Shown here: positions 19,553 to 29,568 of the stretch, piece after piece
Layout of the letters: the number at the start of each line of letters is the position of its first letter
Numbering within the stretch: the first letter of the stretch is position 1
Source of the DNA: Limisphaerales bacterium
GTDB lineage: Bacteria > Verrucomicrobiota > Verrucomicrobiia > Limisphaerales > SIBE01
Length of the DNA stretch: 52,129 nt
Assembly (NCBI GenBank): GCA_044225505.1
Contig: JBGAIN010000038.1
Location: 1-52,129 of the forward strand
Reading direction: 5' to 3'
Notes under the pieces: generated by a model
The model's database searches: none
What the model was told of the DNA's origin: nothing
The model's input: the letters and a program-made list of their open reading frames with translations, nothing else
Translations under genes and position numbers: made by a program

Positions 19553-20062
19553 GAGCTTCGCTCGAGACCTGGAGTTGCCTAGCTCTAAGAATGGCAGAGC
19601 TTGCTCGACTCTGGCTCCCGCGGCTCTCTCAAATTCCGGACAGCGTCGGAATGCCTCAGTCACTTCATGCTCGTGTTACCTTTTGCCGAATTTAGTTTCG
19701 AAGGCCCTGGTTACCAGGCACAACGCGAAGTCCTTCTCACCCCAGACGGCACAGACCACGAGATTCGACGTCAATAGTGTGCGTTTCCCATGGGGGGTTG
19801 GAGAAGTGCGCGGTCGGTTAAATGTCGCACAGTTTGAGAACAATTTGAGGACAAAGGATGTGACATTTCGTGCGGCACATTCTGGCAAAGATGGGAAAGC
19901 TAAACGGGCAGAGAGGTTTATGCTAGTTCTTCGCGTCGTCTGCCGTCTTTGGTCCACAGAATCTGCCTCCTCAGCCAGAGCGTTCAGGATTGTCGGGATC
20001 TTTCATCCGAATTGGCCCGTTCCCAGGGTTTCATTCGCTCGTGATCCGGGGTTGGTTCGCTT

Positions 20063-20107
20063 CTGACCCACAGGTCACCCACTTGGAGAGGGTGACCTGT
20101 GGGTCAG
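20063..20107. repeat. Perfect 18-bp inverted repeat (REP-like hairpin)
   Basis: CTGACCCACAGGTCACCC-N9-GGGTGACCTGTGGGTCAG. Confidence 0.8.
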
Positions 20108-20431
20108 GTCCGAACGAGGTGCCGATGGTGAAGCGCCCATCCGCTCTCGCTCATGCGATGCAACCCGAATGGATGTGGGCTCTGCGAGATCCGGTTTCTG
20201 GTCTTAAGCGCCAGAGCCCTGGTCGCCCTCTAAATCGCTGCCGCGCCAGAGCGAAGCTTGCTTGCCGCCACCAGGTCCTGGACTGCGGGGGCTCCCAAGG
20301 CTTTTCTGGATGGTAGGGAAACCGAAAGCCCACCATTCGTCCGTCGCTTCGCCAACCTGACAGCTTGAGTGACCTTGGTTGGCTCATGGGTGGCGCCCTG
20401 GAGAATGTCCGTTGCGCCAAGCGCGATCGAC

Positions 20432-20462
20432 AAAAAGCCCCGCGGTTATCCTCCGCGGGGCT
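20432..20462 (-). terminator. Intrinsic terminator of the 20485-24102 gene
   Basis: Minus strand AGCCCCGCGG-N7-CCGCGGGGCT followed by TTTT. Confidence 0.85.
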
Positions 20463-20484
20463 CGCGAGACGCCAAACCGAGCGT

Positions 20485-23400
20485 TTAGGGCTTGTGCAAC
20501 CGGAAGAACGCGGTGCCGGAAGCCGCCTGCACTGGAATGGAGTTCACGCCATTCTGAGCGACAGGTGCGGCGGAGACTTTCGTCCATGGGCCACTCAGCC
20601 TGTCAGCGGATTCCAGTTGGTAGCCGGATGACACGGGCCAGGAGAGCGTCACTGCGTTCCCGGAGCGAGAGGCGGTGAGGCTCAGCTCTTGCGCGGCCGC
20701 TGTGCTGGTGGGCAAGTGATTGGAGAACACACCGACACGTACGGCATGCACGCCATCGGCGTTGTATACGGCAATGAAGGTGTCCGAATGAACGTCGAAC
20801 TTCACGTTGTAATAGTTAGCACTGGTCGAGATCGGATTCTCGGTCTCAGCGAGGATGTAGACGTGCTTATCGGCTGGTCTGCCCGGGAGGATCGCTCCGT
20901 CCGGTCCGAGCAGAGTCATGGCGAGTCCGTTGGTGGGGAGTGCTGCGTCTTGACCGACGAAGTTGTGGACGAGGGCAATGACGCCGCTGTTGGGTGCGGC
21001 CGCGAGTTGCGGATGGCGCTGAGCATAAGGCACGGTGCCATTGACGGCGTCGAGATAAGCGACTTGCGCGCCTGTTTTACTAAAGGTTCCATCCGCGGCC
21101 AGACTGTCATAGACGAGGTCGCCCCCTTGACTGCCGTTGTCGTAATCGAACGCGCCGACTAACTGCCCGTTGAACGGATTTTCAATGAACGCAGGATGGC
21201 CTTGAGCGACGCCGCTCTTGCGATCTTCGGCAATGAGTTGCGCCGAAGCGAAGGTCAAGCCGTTGGTCGTGTTCGGGGTCGTCTGGATAGTCATGCCAAC
21301 GATGCGATTTTTCAAAGCATCGGCCGCAGGCGCGTCCGTGTTGGTGTAGAACAAGAACTGGTCGCGGCTAGGAAGGTAAACGACTTCCGGATCATCTTCA
21401 TCGCCGTCAGCTTGGAGGACGTCCAGCCGGGTGAAGCCCGGGGTGAGAGCGGTGCCATCCTTGTCAAATAGGATCCCGACCGCGCCTTCATTGCGTTGAC
21501 TGTCGCTGCCGGTCACCAGGAAGTTCCGTTCCGCAACGAGGAGCATGTTGCCGTTCTTAGTGCTCACGGCCAGGGAGACATCGTCGTAGGATTCCGTGGT
21601 TTCCGGGTCATAAACGAACGTCTTGAGGACTGGGTTATTTGTGCCGGCAGCGGTGGCACTGTTGATCATCGCGCCGAAGATGAGTTGCAGGCCATTCGGC
21701 GGGTAGGTCTGTCCGGTGGTGACCACCATGTATTTCTTCGACACCGGATTGTATTCGACGTCGTGGTTTTCCATGTTACCAGACGGATTGCCGACAATCG
21801 GGAACGGGCCGCCTTTCACGGCCAGCGTGGTGGGATCGACAAAGTAGCCGACCATAATGTGCTGCGCGACTTGTCCAGTGATAGGATCCAGGAATCCCTG
21901 GGCATTTTCGGTTTCGATAGTGACGACGAGCGCTTCATTCGTGTCGGTGTTGATAGCGATGCCAGCCTCGCGCGACGCGATCGCGGCTGCATGGATTTCT
22001 GCGGGGGCGCCGACGTTGAAGCTTGGCTCAGCCGGGGCCGCGGCCAGTGCGGTGAGCGGCTCCTGGAAGTCGACCCAGGCGAAATAGAAATCGGTATCGC
22101 GGAGCGGGGTCAGGTCGAAGCCTTGTCCGCCCGCTTCGACGTGGCGTGCTTCGATGATAAACTTGCCGTTAACATACTCGTAGGAAAGGGCGCTGTCATC
22201 GGCGAGAGACGGATTTGACGGCAGGAAACCCGCGTTTTGCAGCAAGAGCATCCCGTTCGCTCCGGTTTTACCAGGAATGGCAAGCTCGTACTGGCCGGCG
22301 GCAGCGCGAGTCAAAGTAAAATCACCGGCCTTCTGAGTCGCCTGGCCGGCGCTGCCCGTCACGTAGCCGCCAATTAACTTGGGAGCGGAGTAGGGGACGT
22401 AGAGGAACTGGAACTCGGCGCGCTCAGGGTCCGCGTAGGACGCCGGATCCAGGACATCGTCATCGGCACGAATGGCGACAGTCCAGCTGCTGCCATCTTG
22501 CTTGGGAACCGCCGTCGTCAGGGCGCCGCGATTATCATTCCCTTCGTTGTTTGAGAGGGTGAACAGCATGCCCGCGGTCTTGGCGTTAATGCCCGGAAGA
22601 TGAACCGTGGCCAAGCCACCGTAAGTCCCGCCGCCAAGGTCTTCCCACGTCACGACCGCACCCGCGGAGTTCTTTGCTGTGACCAGCTTGCCCAGGGCGG
22701 GACTCACGGTCCCGTGGCGAAGCCAGGCACCGCCCGAGCTGGTGGCCGGATTGGCTACGTAGCCACCCATCCAACCTTGGGCGTAGGGGAACCAGGCGAG
22801 AGCGATGTTGATATTCGCTTCACGCAGAGCGGCTGGGCTGGCGTCGCTCGGGAGTAATTGGGCGGTCTCTCCCAGTTTGCCGATCGAGAAGTAGGTGTCC
22901 TGGTTTTTGAAGGCACCGTCCAGCATACTGAAGCCCTTGCGGGAGGATCCTTCAGGTGAATTCCAAGCAAAGCCATAGAACTTGGACGCGCCGTCATTCC
23001 ACTGTTGTCCGTTCTTGCGGACGGTTCCAAACAGGAGACCTTCCTGCAAGGTTGGGAACCAGCCCTGCGCCGGAGCCGCGTCGGGCGCCGTGACACTGGT
23101 ATTGTAGTTGGGACCGTAAGGACCGATGTTGGACAAGCCTGCGGTGGGGTCACGCGGGGCGAGGTTGATGTCCATGTCGCCCTGATTGTAGCCAGGGGCA
23201 GTCCAGGGAATCGGGCCTTGCCCATCGGATTCAAGAATGTAGTTGTTCTTGTTGCCCGCGTTGTAATGAATCGGTTGGCCATCCGGCCCGAGGCCATCGT
23301 CGGGAACCGTCACTTTCCAGTTCACGCCCGTGACGCTCCAATCGGGATATCGTCCTGGAGCGTGGTCGGCCGCAGGTGCGCCATCGACGGTTGTTTCGGG

Positions 23401-24102
23401 AATTGCCGAGTTAAAGCGGAAATCGCTGTAGGTCGCCCGGGCCCGATTCGCCGCATTTTCGTTAGCATCGATGTGTGCCACCGTGCTCAGCCCAATCAAC
23501 AAGGTGCGAGGGAATTGCGCAGGGTCCACGAACACAGAGGAGATGATCTTCCAATCTGTTCCGCTGTTGCTGTAGAGGGTGGTGAATTGGTTCTGTTTGC
23601 GGATCATGCGCAACCAGACGTTGGGATAGGGAGTCTCGCCCGTCGTGTTGGAAGTCGGTTTGTCGGGCATATCGTCGGTGCCCTCACCGCGGACCGGGCG
23701 ATAAATCGATTCAATGGTATTGCGCGCTTCGTCGGGCAACGCATTCACCTGGACGTTCGGGCTGCCCGGAGTGAGGTCCGTCCGCGCCATCAACGCGGCT
23801 TTGCCGGAATCCTGCTGGGCGGGATCATCAACGTTTAGTTCTCGAACTCGGACTTGAACGTCGAAGTCTCCCGTGACCTGGCGGTAAACGTAGGTAAAGG
23901 AATCGGAGTTGTTCCAGGTGTCGCCGCCGCCCGCGACAATTTCCAAGTTCCCATTGCCCAAGTCGGTGACGACTCCAGCGACTGGGTTATCAATATCGGC
24001 TTTATAGAATTCGTTCGTTTGCGCGAACGCGAGCTGAGATCCAGCTAACCCACCGACGACCAATAATGGCCGAATTTTGCGTATCAAGGTTTTAATATTC
24101 AT
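20485..24102 (-). CDS. Large secreted protein with N-terminal ConA/DUF1349-like beta-sandwich and C-terminal tail
   Basis: Signal peptide MNIKTLIRKIRPLLVVGGLAGSQLAFAQ from ATG 24102; GGGDTWNNSDSFTYVY..GDFD..KAALMAR..WLRMIR; ends LSWP..YQLES...W...FFRLHKP. Confidence 0.8.
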   Translation of the reverse strand: MNIKTLIRKIRPLLVVGGLAGSQLAFAQTNEFYKADIDNPVAGVVTDLGNGNLEIVAGGGDTWNNSDSFTYVYRQVTGDFDVQVRVRELNVDDPAQQDSGKAALMARTDLTPGSPNVQVNALPDEARNTIESIYRPVRGEGTDDMPDKPTSNTTGETPYPNVWLRMIRKQNQFTTLYSNSGTDWKIISSVFVDPAQFPRTLLIGLSTVAHIDANENAANRARATYSDFRFNSAIPETTVDGAPAADHAPGRYPDWSVTGVNWKVTVPDDGLGPDGQPIHYNAGNKNNYILESDGQGPIPWTAPGYNQGDMDINLAPRDPTAGLSNIGPYGPNYNTSVTAPDAAPAQGWFPTLQEGLLFGTVRKNGQQWNDGASKFYGFAWNSPEGSSRKGFSMLDGAFKNQDTYFSIGKLGETAQLLPSDASPAALREANINIALAWFPYAQGWMGGYVANPATSSGGAWLRHGTVSPALGKLVTAKNSAGAVVTWEDLGGGTYGGLATVHLPGINAKTAGMLFTLSNNEGNDNRGALTTAVPKQDGSSWTVAIRADDDVLDPASYADPERAEFQFLYVPYSAPKLIGGYVTGSAGQATQKAGDFTLTRAAAGQYELAIPGKTGANGMLLLQNAGFLPSNPSLADDSALSYEYVNGKFIIEARHVEAGGQGFDLTPLRDTDFYFAWVDFQEPLTALAAAPAEPSFNVGAPAEIHAAAIASREAGIAINTDTNEALVVTIETENAQGFLDPITGQVAQHIMVGYFVDPTTLAVKGGPFPIVGNPSGNMENHDVEYNPVSKKYMVVTTGQTYPPNGLQLIFGAMINSATAAGTNNPVLKTFVYDPETTESYDDVSLAVSTKNGNMLLVAERNFLVTGSDSQRNEGAVGILFDKDGTALTPGFTRLDVLQADGDEDDPEVVYLPSRDQFLFYTNTDAPAADALKNRIVGMTIQTTPNTTNGLTFASAQLIAEDRKSGVAQGHPAFIENPFNGQLVGAFDYDNGSQGGDLVYDSLAADGTFSKTGAQVAYLDAVNGTVPYAQRHPQLAAAPNSGVIALVHNFVGQDAALPTNGLAMTLLGPDGAILPGRPADKHVYILAETENPISTSANYYNVKFDVHSDTFIAVYNADGVHAVRVGVFSNHLPTSTAAAQELSLTASRSGNAVTLSWPVSSGYQLESADRLSGPWTKVSAAPVAQNGVNSIPVQAASGTAFFRLHKP

Positions 24103-24389
24103 GGTTATTACGTCCAACGACCCGTCGCCGGACGCTATCCATACAGTGTGGAGATCTGACGGGTACTCCGTGACGAATTCGTGAAACTGGAGAACCGCCA
24201 GGGAGGCGCTTTGTGACAACTTGGTTGTCGGTGCTGCTGGCGAAGGGGTTCGGAACTTCCGTAACCTCAGAGGAACCTATCGGCGTAGTTGCGACGATCG
24301 CGATCGATCCCTTAGTATCATTTCACCCAAGTCTTGGGCCGACCCAAAGAGGAAATTGTCGGCAAGACCGACTCTACAACGTCGATGTG

Positions 24390-24494
24390 AAAGATTTGAG
24401 CGATGGAACGGACTCATCCGTCGTTTACCTGGCGAAGCCCTGTCCGCCTGAGAGAATCCTTTCCGCGATCCGAGCGTGCCTGGGTCGCTCCTAA
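24390..24494 (+). pseudogene. Remnant of a response-regulator receiver C-terminus
   Basis: VYLAKPCPPERILSAIRACL matches the receiver beta5-alpha5 KP motif; no recognisable N-terminal half. Confidence 0.4.
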
Positions 24495-24889
24495 AGCCCG
24501 GGCCCCATGGCCGATCCCGGTTGCCTGGACTTCAGTTCCAGGACCGGCAACGATGAATGGAAGTTTCATCACCGTCCAAATCGACCCCCTCCTCGAGGAA
24601 CGGTTCTTCCGGCTGCGCCAAGTGCCCTAGGACCGGTTTTTACCTCGAAAAGTGTGGGCATTTGCCCAAAACAGAATCAATTTGTCAACAGCCGCCGACT
24701 CTTGATCGGCAAGGGTTTACGTTGCAGATCATGTTGATTTGGATCTCGTGTATGACGCCCGTGCTGACATGAAAGCCGCCCGATGTTCATTTCCAAACTC
24801 CGTCCGACCGGGCATCCGGGCGAAGGCCTTCTCCTCCAGTCGATCGATCCGGAGTCGCGGAGAAACGTGTCGAGATTCCCAGGGGCTGA

Positions 24890-25231
24890 AGTGGTCCCAG
24901 CGAGAACGACATTCGGACGCGGCAGAGTCAAAATGGCGCGCTAAACCTGCCAGCTCTTAATGCGGAGCTCGCACCAATAATTGCCAAGTCGTCGTTGAAT
25001 GATTCCCGCTGGACCAGTTTGGTCACCGTCTCAGGCGACCTCTCTCAGCGTGAAAACGGGCAGTACGAGATTGTTCGTTTAATTGGCGAGCTTGGATCCG
25101 CTGGACGTGACGCAGTGCCAGTGTTGCGGCACTTGCGTTACAGCCGTGGAATCATGATGCACGACTATGCCAGCGATGCCTTGAGGCAGGTCGCGCCGGA
25201 GTGCCTCTACGATCCGTGGCGGAAGGAATAG
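24890..25231 (+). pseudogene. HEAT-repeat protein fragment or small CDS
   Basis: IVRLIGELGSAGRDAVPVLRHL...ASDALRQVAP; frame open from about 24890 without ATG (TTG at 24995). Confidence 0.4.
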
Positions 25232-25241
25232 GAACGCCCAA

Positions 25242-26555
25242 TCAGGACTGATCTGGGACACTCTGCTGCAGCTGAAACCGGCTCCAAACCGCATCAATGG
25301 CGGGATCTCCGCTGGGGAACTGATGATGGGCTGGCCGGCCGCCGGCCGCAAGGAGGAGCGCTAACACCTGGGCGAAGTCACCTTCCGGATGTCGTTTCTC
25401 AATCAGGCAGCTGTGCAGGGCCCAGTCGGCCGGAGTCCCGTCATATCTGGGATCGCGCTCATTCAACGGATGTCCTTTGCGGATGAGCATGTCCACGACA
25501 CCGGGATGCCCTTGCCAAGCGGCATTATGCAAAGGCGTAAAGCCATGATTCTCTTCCGGCGCCGCGACGGGGAACCCGAGGTCGAGCATCAGCGCGACGG
25601 CCGCGAGATTGAAGTTCGTTTCCCAGCAGTATTTCGCCATGAGCCCGAGTTCTTCAGCAGAGAGACTGGCGACCAGTCCGGGCTGCGCCGCCAGAATTTG
25701 GATGGCCCGAGGTCGGTCCGCCCGTGCGCAAGCGATGAGGAAAGCCGCTCGCGGCGGCGTCCGTTGAAGCAGGTATTCCGCAACGTCCGAGTGCCCGCGA
25801 TGAAGCGCAACTTCAACGGCTGATTGATTGAAGCCCAATGTCCATTGATAGATCGTGCCGCCGCGACCTTGAAATCCGATGCCAGGGAACGGGCCCGAAT
25901 TGTTTCCAATGCGCCACGAGGTAGACTCTGGATTTGCAGCGACAGCACGCTTGGCCAACTCGAGGTCGCCCAAACCGGCCGCCATGAAAACATCCAGCGC
26001 GGCGCCTTGCACGAGTAGTTCTCGGGTCACCTCGGGTGCATCGCCAATGCGCCATTGCGCGGCCGTGGAATTGTGATCCGCGTCGCGGGCATCTACGTCT
26101 GCGCCATGCGCCAACAGCAATCGGGCCACTTCACGAGTCCGAGCGAAGTGCAAGGGACGTGCTCCGTCTCCTCCCAGCGCATGAACCAACGACGGTTCGT
26201 CCGTTAACATTTGCCGCAAGGCGTCTGCTAAGCCAAAGGCCGCCGCGGCATGAGGCGAGAGCGGAGTTCCGCGCGTTGCGAGGAGCGCGGCGACGTCCGA
26301 TCGGATTCCGTCTGCGCCAAAACCATCGGCCCAGGCCTGACCTGCCGCGGCGAGGTTCAGCCCATGATCAATGAGCAAGTTAGCCATCTCAGGCGATCGC
26401 ACCATCCGCAGTGCGGCGAGCACGGTGGGTTGCGTGTTCGGGCCGAGGGTCGGAAGAATCTCCGGGTTCCGTCGGAGCCAATCACTGACGGCGGCGATGT
26501 CATTGGCTTTCAGAGCTTCGAGCATTTCGGGATGGGACGATGGAGCGGGGCGCAT
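25242..26555 (-). CDS. Ankyrin repeat protein
   Basis: GARPLHFA..LLAHGADVDARD, GFTPLHNAAWQGH, GTPADWA. Confidence 0.85.
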   Translation of the reverse strand: MRPAPSSHPEMLEALKANDIAAVSDWLRRNPEILPTLGPNTQPTVLAALRMVRSPEMANLLIDHGLNLAAAGQAWADGFGADGIRSDVAALLATRGTPLSPHAAAAFGLADALRQMLTDEPSLVHALGGDGARPLHFARTREVARLLLAHGADVDARDADHNSTAAQWRIGDAPEVTRELLVQGAALDVFMAAGLGDLELAKRAVAANPESTSWRIGNNSGPFPGIGFQGRGGTIYQWTLGFNQSAVEVALHRGHSDVAEYLLQRTPPRAAFLIACARADRPRAIQILAAQPGLVASLSAEELGLMAKYCWETNFNLAAVALMLDLGFPVAAPEENHGFTPLHNAAWQGHPGVVDMLIRKGHPLNERDPRYDGTPADWALHSCLIEKRHPEGDFAQVLALLLAAGGRPAHHQFPSGDPAIDAVWSRFQLQQSVPDQS

Positions 26556-26939
26556 GGGTTGATAAATTCAGGTGGCGAGTTTCCTGAATGCGGCATGAAA
26601 TGAAACGCCACGTTGGCCAATCCGTAAATAAGGCAAAGAAGCCTTCCTGGGAAACAATAAAGGCGGCTTCTTGGCACCCTTACGGGACTTCGAAGTCGCC
26701 TTCATCTTTATTGAATGGGCTAGTGACAGCCGCGTTCAACAGTGCGAACTTAGCTCGGTAGGAGAGCCGTCTCAACCCGAATTGCTTCTGATGGTTCCCC
26801 TGGCTCTGCCCGGCACCTTATTCTTCCGCCGCGTGAGCGTGGGCGGCGACTAGCCGACAGCCGCTGGTTGTGAGAGGTTGAGAGCGAATGGGCATGCGGA
26901 ATCCAGGCTGCCTTGTCTAAAGAATGGGTAAGAACGCAC

Positions 26940-27920
26940 ATGCATAATCTAAGACGTGGACTGGGAGTGATTCTAGTGCTGATGACCTTGGGCCTGGCGG
27001 TTGTTACAAAACGCCACAGCCTGCACCAGCGGCTGGAACCAGCTACGCCAGCACCGGGTATCATCGAAACCGGCTCGACAGCCATGCAGCAGAAGCCAGA
27101 CCTCGAGCAACAGACTCAGGAAACGCGCCGATTGCACGATCAAAACGCAGCCTTGAGTAATCTCGTCAAACGACTGAAGGCGGACCTGGCGAGATCCTTG
27201 CCTTCTCAAACCCAGACTTCCTTACAACGGACGCTCCCGCCATCGTCCGCTGCGCCTGATCCTGATGTCGAAGTCATGGTGAATGCCTTGCTGCAAGGCG
27301 ACGGGAGATCACTCGACACTTTGGCTACGATGACCCGTGAGGCGGTGCGCGGGGATCATCCCAATATGACATTGGCAGAACAAGCGGCTTCGGCAGAGAG
27401 GATGCAGCCGCTTCGAGCGGTCTTCGACTCGCTCACGGATCGCGCGAACCAAGGCGATTCCCAGGCGTTGCAAGCGCTGGCGCAAGCGGCCCGGCGACCG
27501 GAGTTGAGCGGATTAGCGATACAGAGCCTGGGCCACCTGGCGGGAAACGGTTCTGAGGGAGCCTTGAACGTGATCTTGGATCCGGCGAAGTATGGCTTGG
27601 ATGTCCCCTTGGCGAGCACCGTCGGGGCGCTCCAACCGGCCGCGGAGCGGGGGAACCCGCGAGCGATTGAGGCGCTGGCGACGGTTGCGGCGGATGATCA
27701 TCAACAACCCCTGTGGTTCATGGCGGCAGATGGGCTGGGCAAAGCCGCGGCCTTGGGCAACCCGCGAGCGATCGAAGGCCTGATCGCCCTCGCGCGTTCG
27801 ACGAACGCCAACGTGATTCGCGCAGTGCGGGTCGGGCTTGGCGCGGCGGCCCAGCACAACGAAGCTGCGCGGTCCGCCTTGGAACGACTGAACCCTGTTC
27901 CCGCCGCAACGCAGCCTTGA
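26940..27920 (+). CDS. Membrane-anchored coiled-coil / HEAT-like repeat protein
   Basis: TM GLGVILVLMTLGLAVV, coiled coil, repeated AA..GNPRAIE.L units. Confidence 0.7.
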   Translation: MHNLRRGLGVILVLMTLGLAVVTKRHSLHQRLEPATPAPGIIETGSTAMQQKPDLEQQTQETRRLHDQNAALSNLVKRLKADLARSLPSQTQTSLQRTLPPSSAAPDPDVEVMVNALLQGDGRSLDTLATMTREAVRGDHPNMTLAEQAASAERMQPLRAVFDSLTDRANQGDSQALQALAQAARRPELSGLAIQSLGHLAGNGSEGALNVILDPAKYGLDVPLASTVGALQPAAERGNPRAIEALATVAADDHQQPLWFMAADGLGKAAALGNPRAIEGLIALARSTNANVIRAVRVGLGAAAQHNEAARSALERLNPVPAATQP

Positions 27921-27992
27921 TTGCAGACGCTCTCAAGGAGCTGGCGTCAAGGTTCTACCGAGGCTCTGTGCGGGTGAAGCTCCACGCCGGAT

Positions 27993-29567
27993 TCAAGGCG
28001 TGGCTTTCTTCGACTCTGGCGCTGGAATGGCCCCTGGGACGATGCTGGTTTCCAGGGACGCGGATTTCGGAGGGATCTCTCCCCTGCCTGTCAGGAGCCG
28101 CTGGAACGCCTCGATCGTTTCCGCAGACGGTTTAAAATTCCCCGGCCGGTGCCCTTCCGCGATCATCGAGGGCGTCCAACCGTATTTGTTTTTGCGATTC
28201 CAAACGTCGATCCGGGCGCCGTGATCTGCGAGGAACTGCACGACTCTAGGTAGGTTTTTATAGGCAGCGGCGTGCATCGCGGTTTCGCCATTGGCATCCA
28301 CGGCATTGATGTCAGCGCCGAGTTTCAGTAGGAGTTCGGCAGCCTCCAGCACCTCGGGTTCTTCTCCAGCTTTTTCGTTGGCGGCGTCGCTGCCCACCAC
28401 ATTCCCACAGGCAGCGATGAGCGGGGTGCAATCGTCCGTATTCCGAACGTGCGGATCGGCGCCCAATTCCAAGAGCAAACGCATATAGGCGACATCGTCC
28501 GTGCCGGAGGCCATGAAGAAAGGCGTTGCGCCGGTTTTGTTATAAATCCCCGGTCCACCTTTGCCCGCTTTGATGGGGGTATTCACATCGGCTCCGCGTT
28601 CGGTCAGTTTTCTGATGAACTGAAGACTACTCAATGTTCCTGACCCCTGGGGCGGGGGCGCTCCGTCATCTTCGCCTCGATTCGGTTTGCGGACCCAGGT
28701 CATGACGTGCAGGGGCGTGAATCCGGACCGTTGATCGTTCGGATCCGCTCCCGCTTCCACCAAGGCTAACGCCAGATCGAAATGGCCGTTCTCCACCGCC
28801 AGGATAAGAGCGCTCGTGCCTTTGGTCGGGCCTTTGGCGATCGTCCGCTTCGGATCCATCGTGCTGTTGACATCAACGCCTGCTTTGAGCAAGGCGCGAA
28901 CGACCTCACTCCGACCCTCGCGCGCGGCGAAGAAAAGCGCGGTAAAGCTCGAATCTGGCACGCTGGCGTTCACGTCCGCACCCGCGTCGATCAGAACGGC
29001 GACAACCTTCGCGTGTCCTTCCGCGGCTGCCCACATCAACGGCGTTTGGCCTCGACGCTCGCGGGCATTCACATCGGCCCCTCTCTTGAGCAGAGCCAGG
29101 ACCGGCCCGAGTTGTCCCGTGCGCGCGGCGGTCATGAGCGCGGTCTCGCCCCCAGGCAATGGCGTGTTCGGGTCGGCCCCGTGCGCCAAGAGGAGTTCGA
29201 CCAATGCGCCATTGCCATTCTGGCAAGCAAGCGCAAGCGGCGTGACTCCATAACGGTTCGTGACCGACACGGCGGCCCGAGCCTCGACCAGCGTTTGCGC
29301 GAGCTCCAGGTTATCGTGATAAGCAGTCCAATGCAGCGCGGTCATTCCGTCGGGCTGAGATGCGTTTACGTCTGCTCCCTGGTCGAGTAGCGCCCGAACC
29401 GCTTTGGCGTCGGACTGTTCGGCCGCCGTGGCAAGAGGAGATTCGGCGGAATGAGAGGTCCCGACGAGGCAGTAGAGAAAACAAATGAGAAAGACCGAGA
29501 AGCGTCGCCGGGCCCACGCCAGCGCGCTTTTGCAATGCAGAATGGGGACGCGCGCGCGAGAGTCCAT
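27993..29567 (-). CDS. Secreted ankyrin repeat protein (DUF1552-cluster associated)
   Basis: Many G.T(A/P)L..AA..G ankyrin repeats; signal peptide; ATG 29567 abuts upstream stop. Confidence 0.88.
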   Translation of the reverse strand: MDSRARVPILHCKSALAWARRRFSVFLICFLYCLVGTSHSAESPLATAAEQSDAKAVRALLDQGADVNASQPDGMTALHWTAYHDNLELAQTLVEARAAVSVTNRYGVTPLALACQNGNGALVELLLAHGADPNTPLPGGETALMTAARTGQLGPVLALLKRGADVNARERRGQTPLMWAAAEGHAKVVAVLIDAGADVNASVPDSSFTALFFAAREGRSEVVRALLKAGVDVNSTMDPKRTIAKGPTKGTSALILAVENGHFDLALALVEAGADPNDQRSGFTPLHVMTWVRKPNRGEDDGAPPPQGSGTLSSLQFIRKLTERGADVNTPIKAGKGGPGIYNKTGATPFFMASGTDDVAYMRLLLELGADPHVRNTDDCTPLIAACGNVVGSDAANEKAGEEPEVLEAAELLLKLGADINAVDANGETAMHAAAYKNLPRVVQFLADHGARIDVWNRKNKYGWTPSMIAEGHRPGNFKPSAETIEAFQRLLTGRGEIPPKSASLETSIVPGAIPAPESKKATP

Positions 29568-29568
29568 C

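Noticed and set aside
26655..26713. Riboswitch
   Set aside because: Hairpins are present but no recognisable aptamer consensus.
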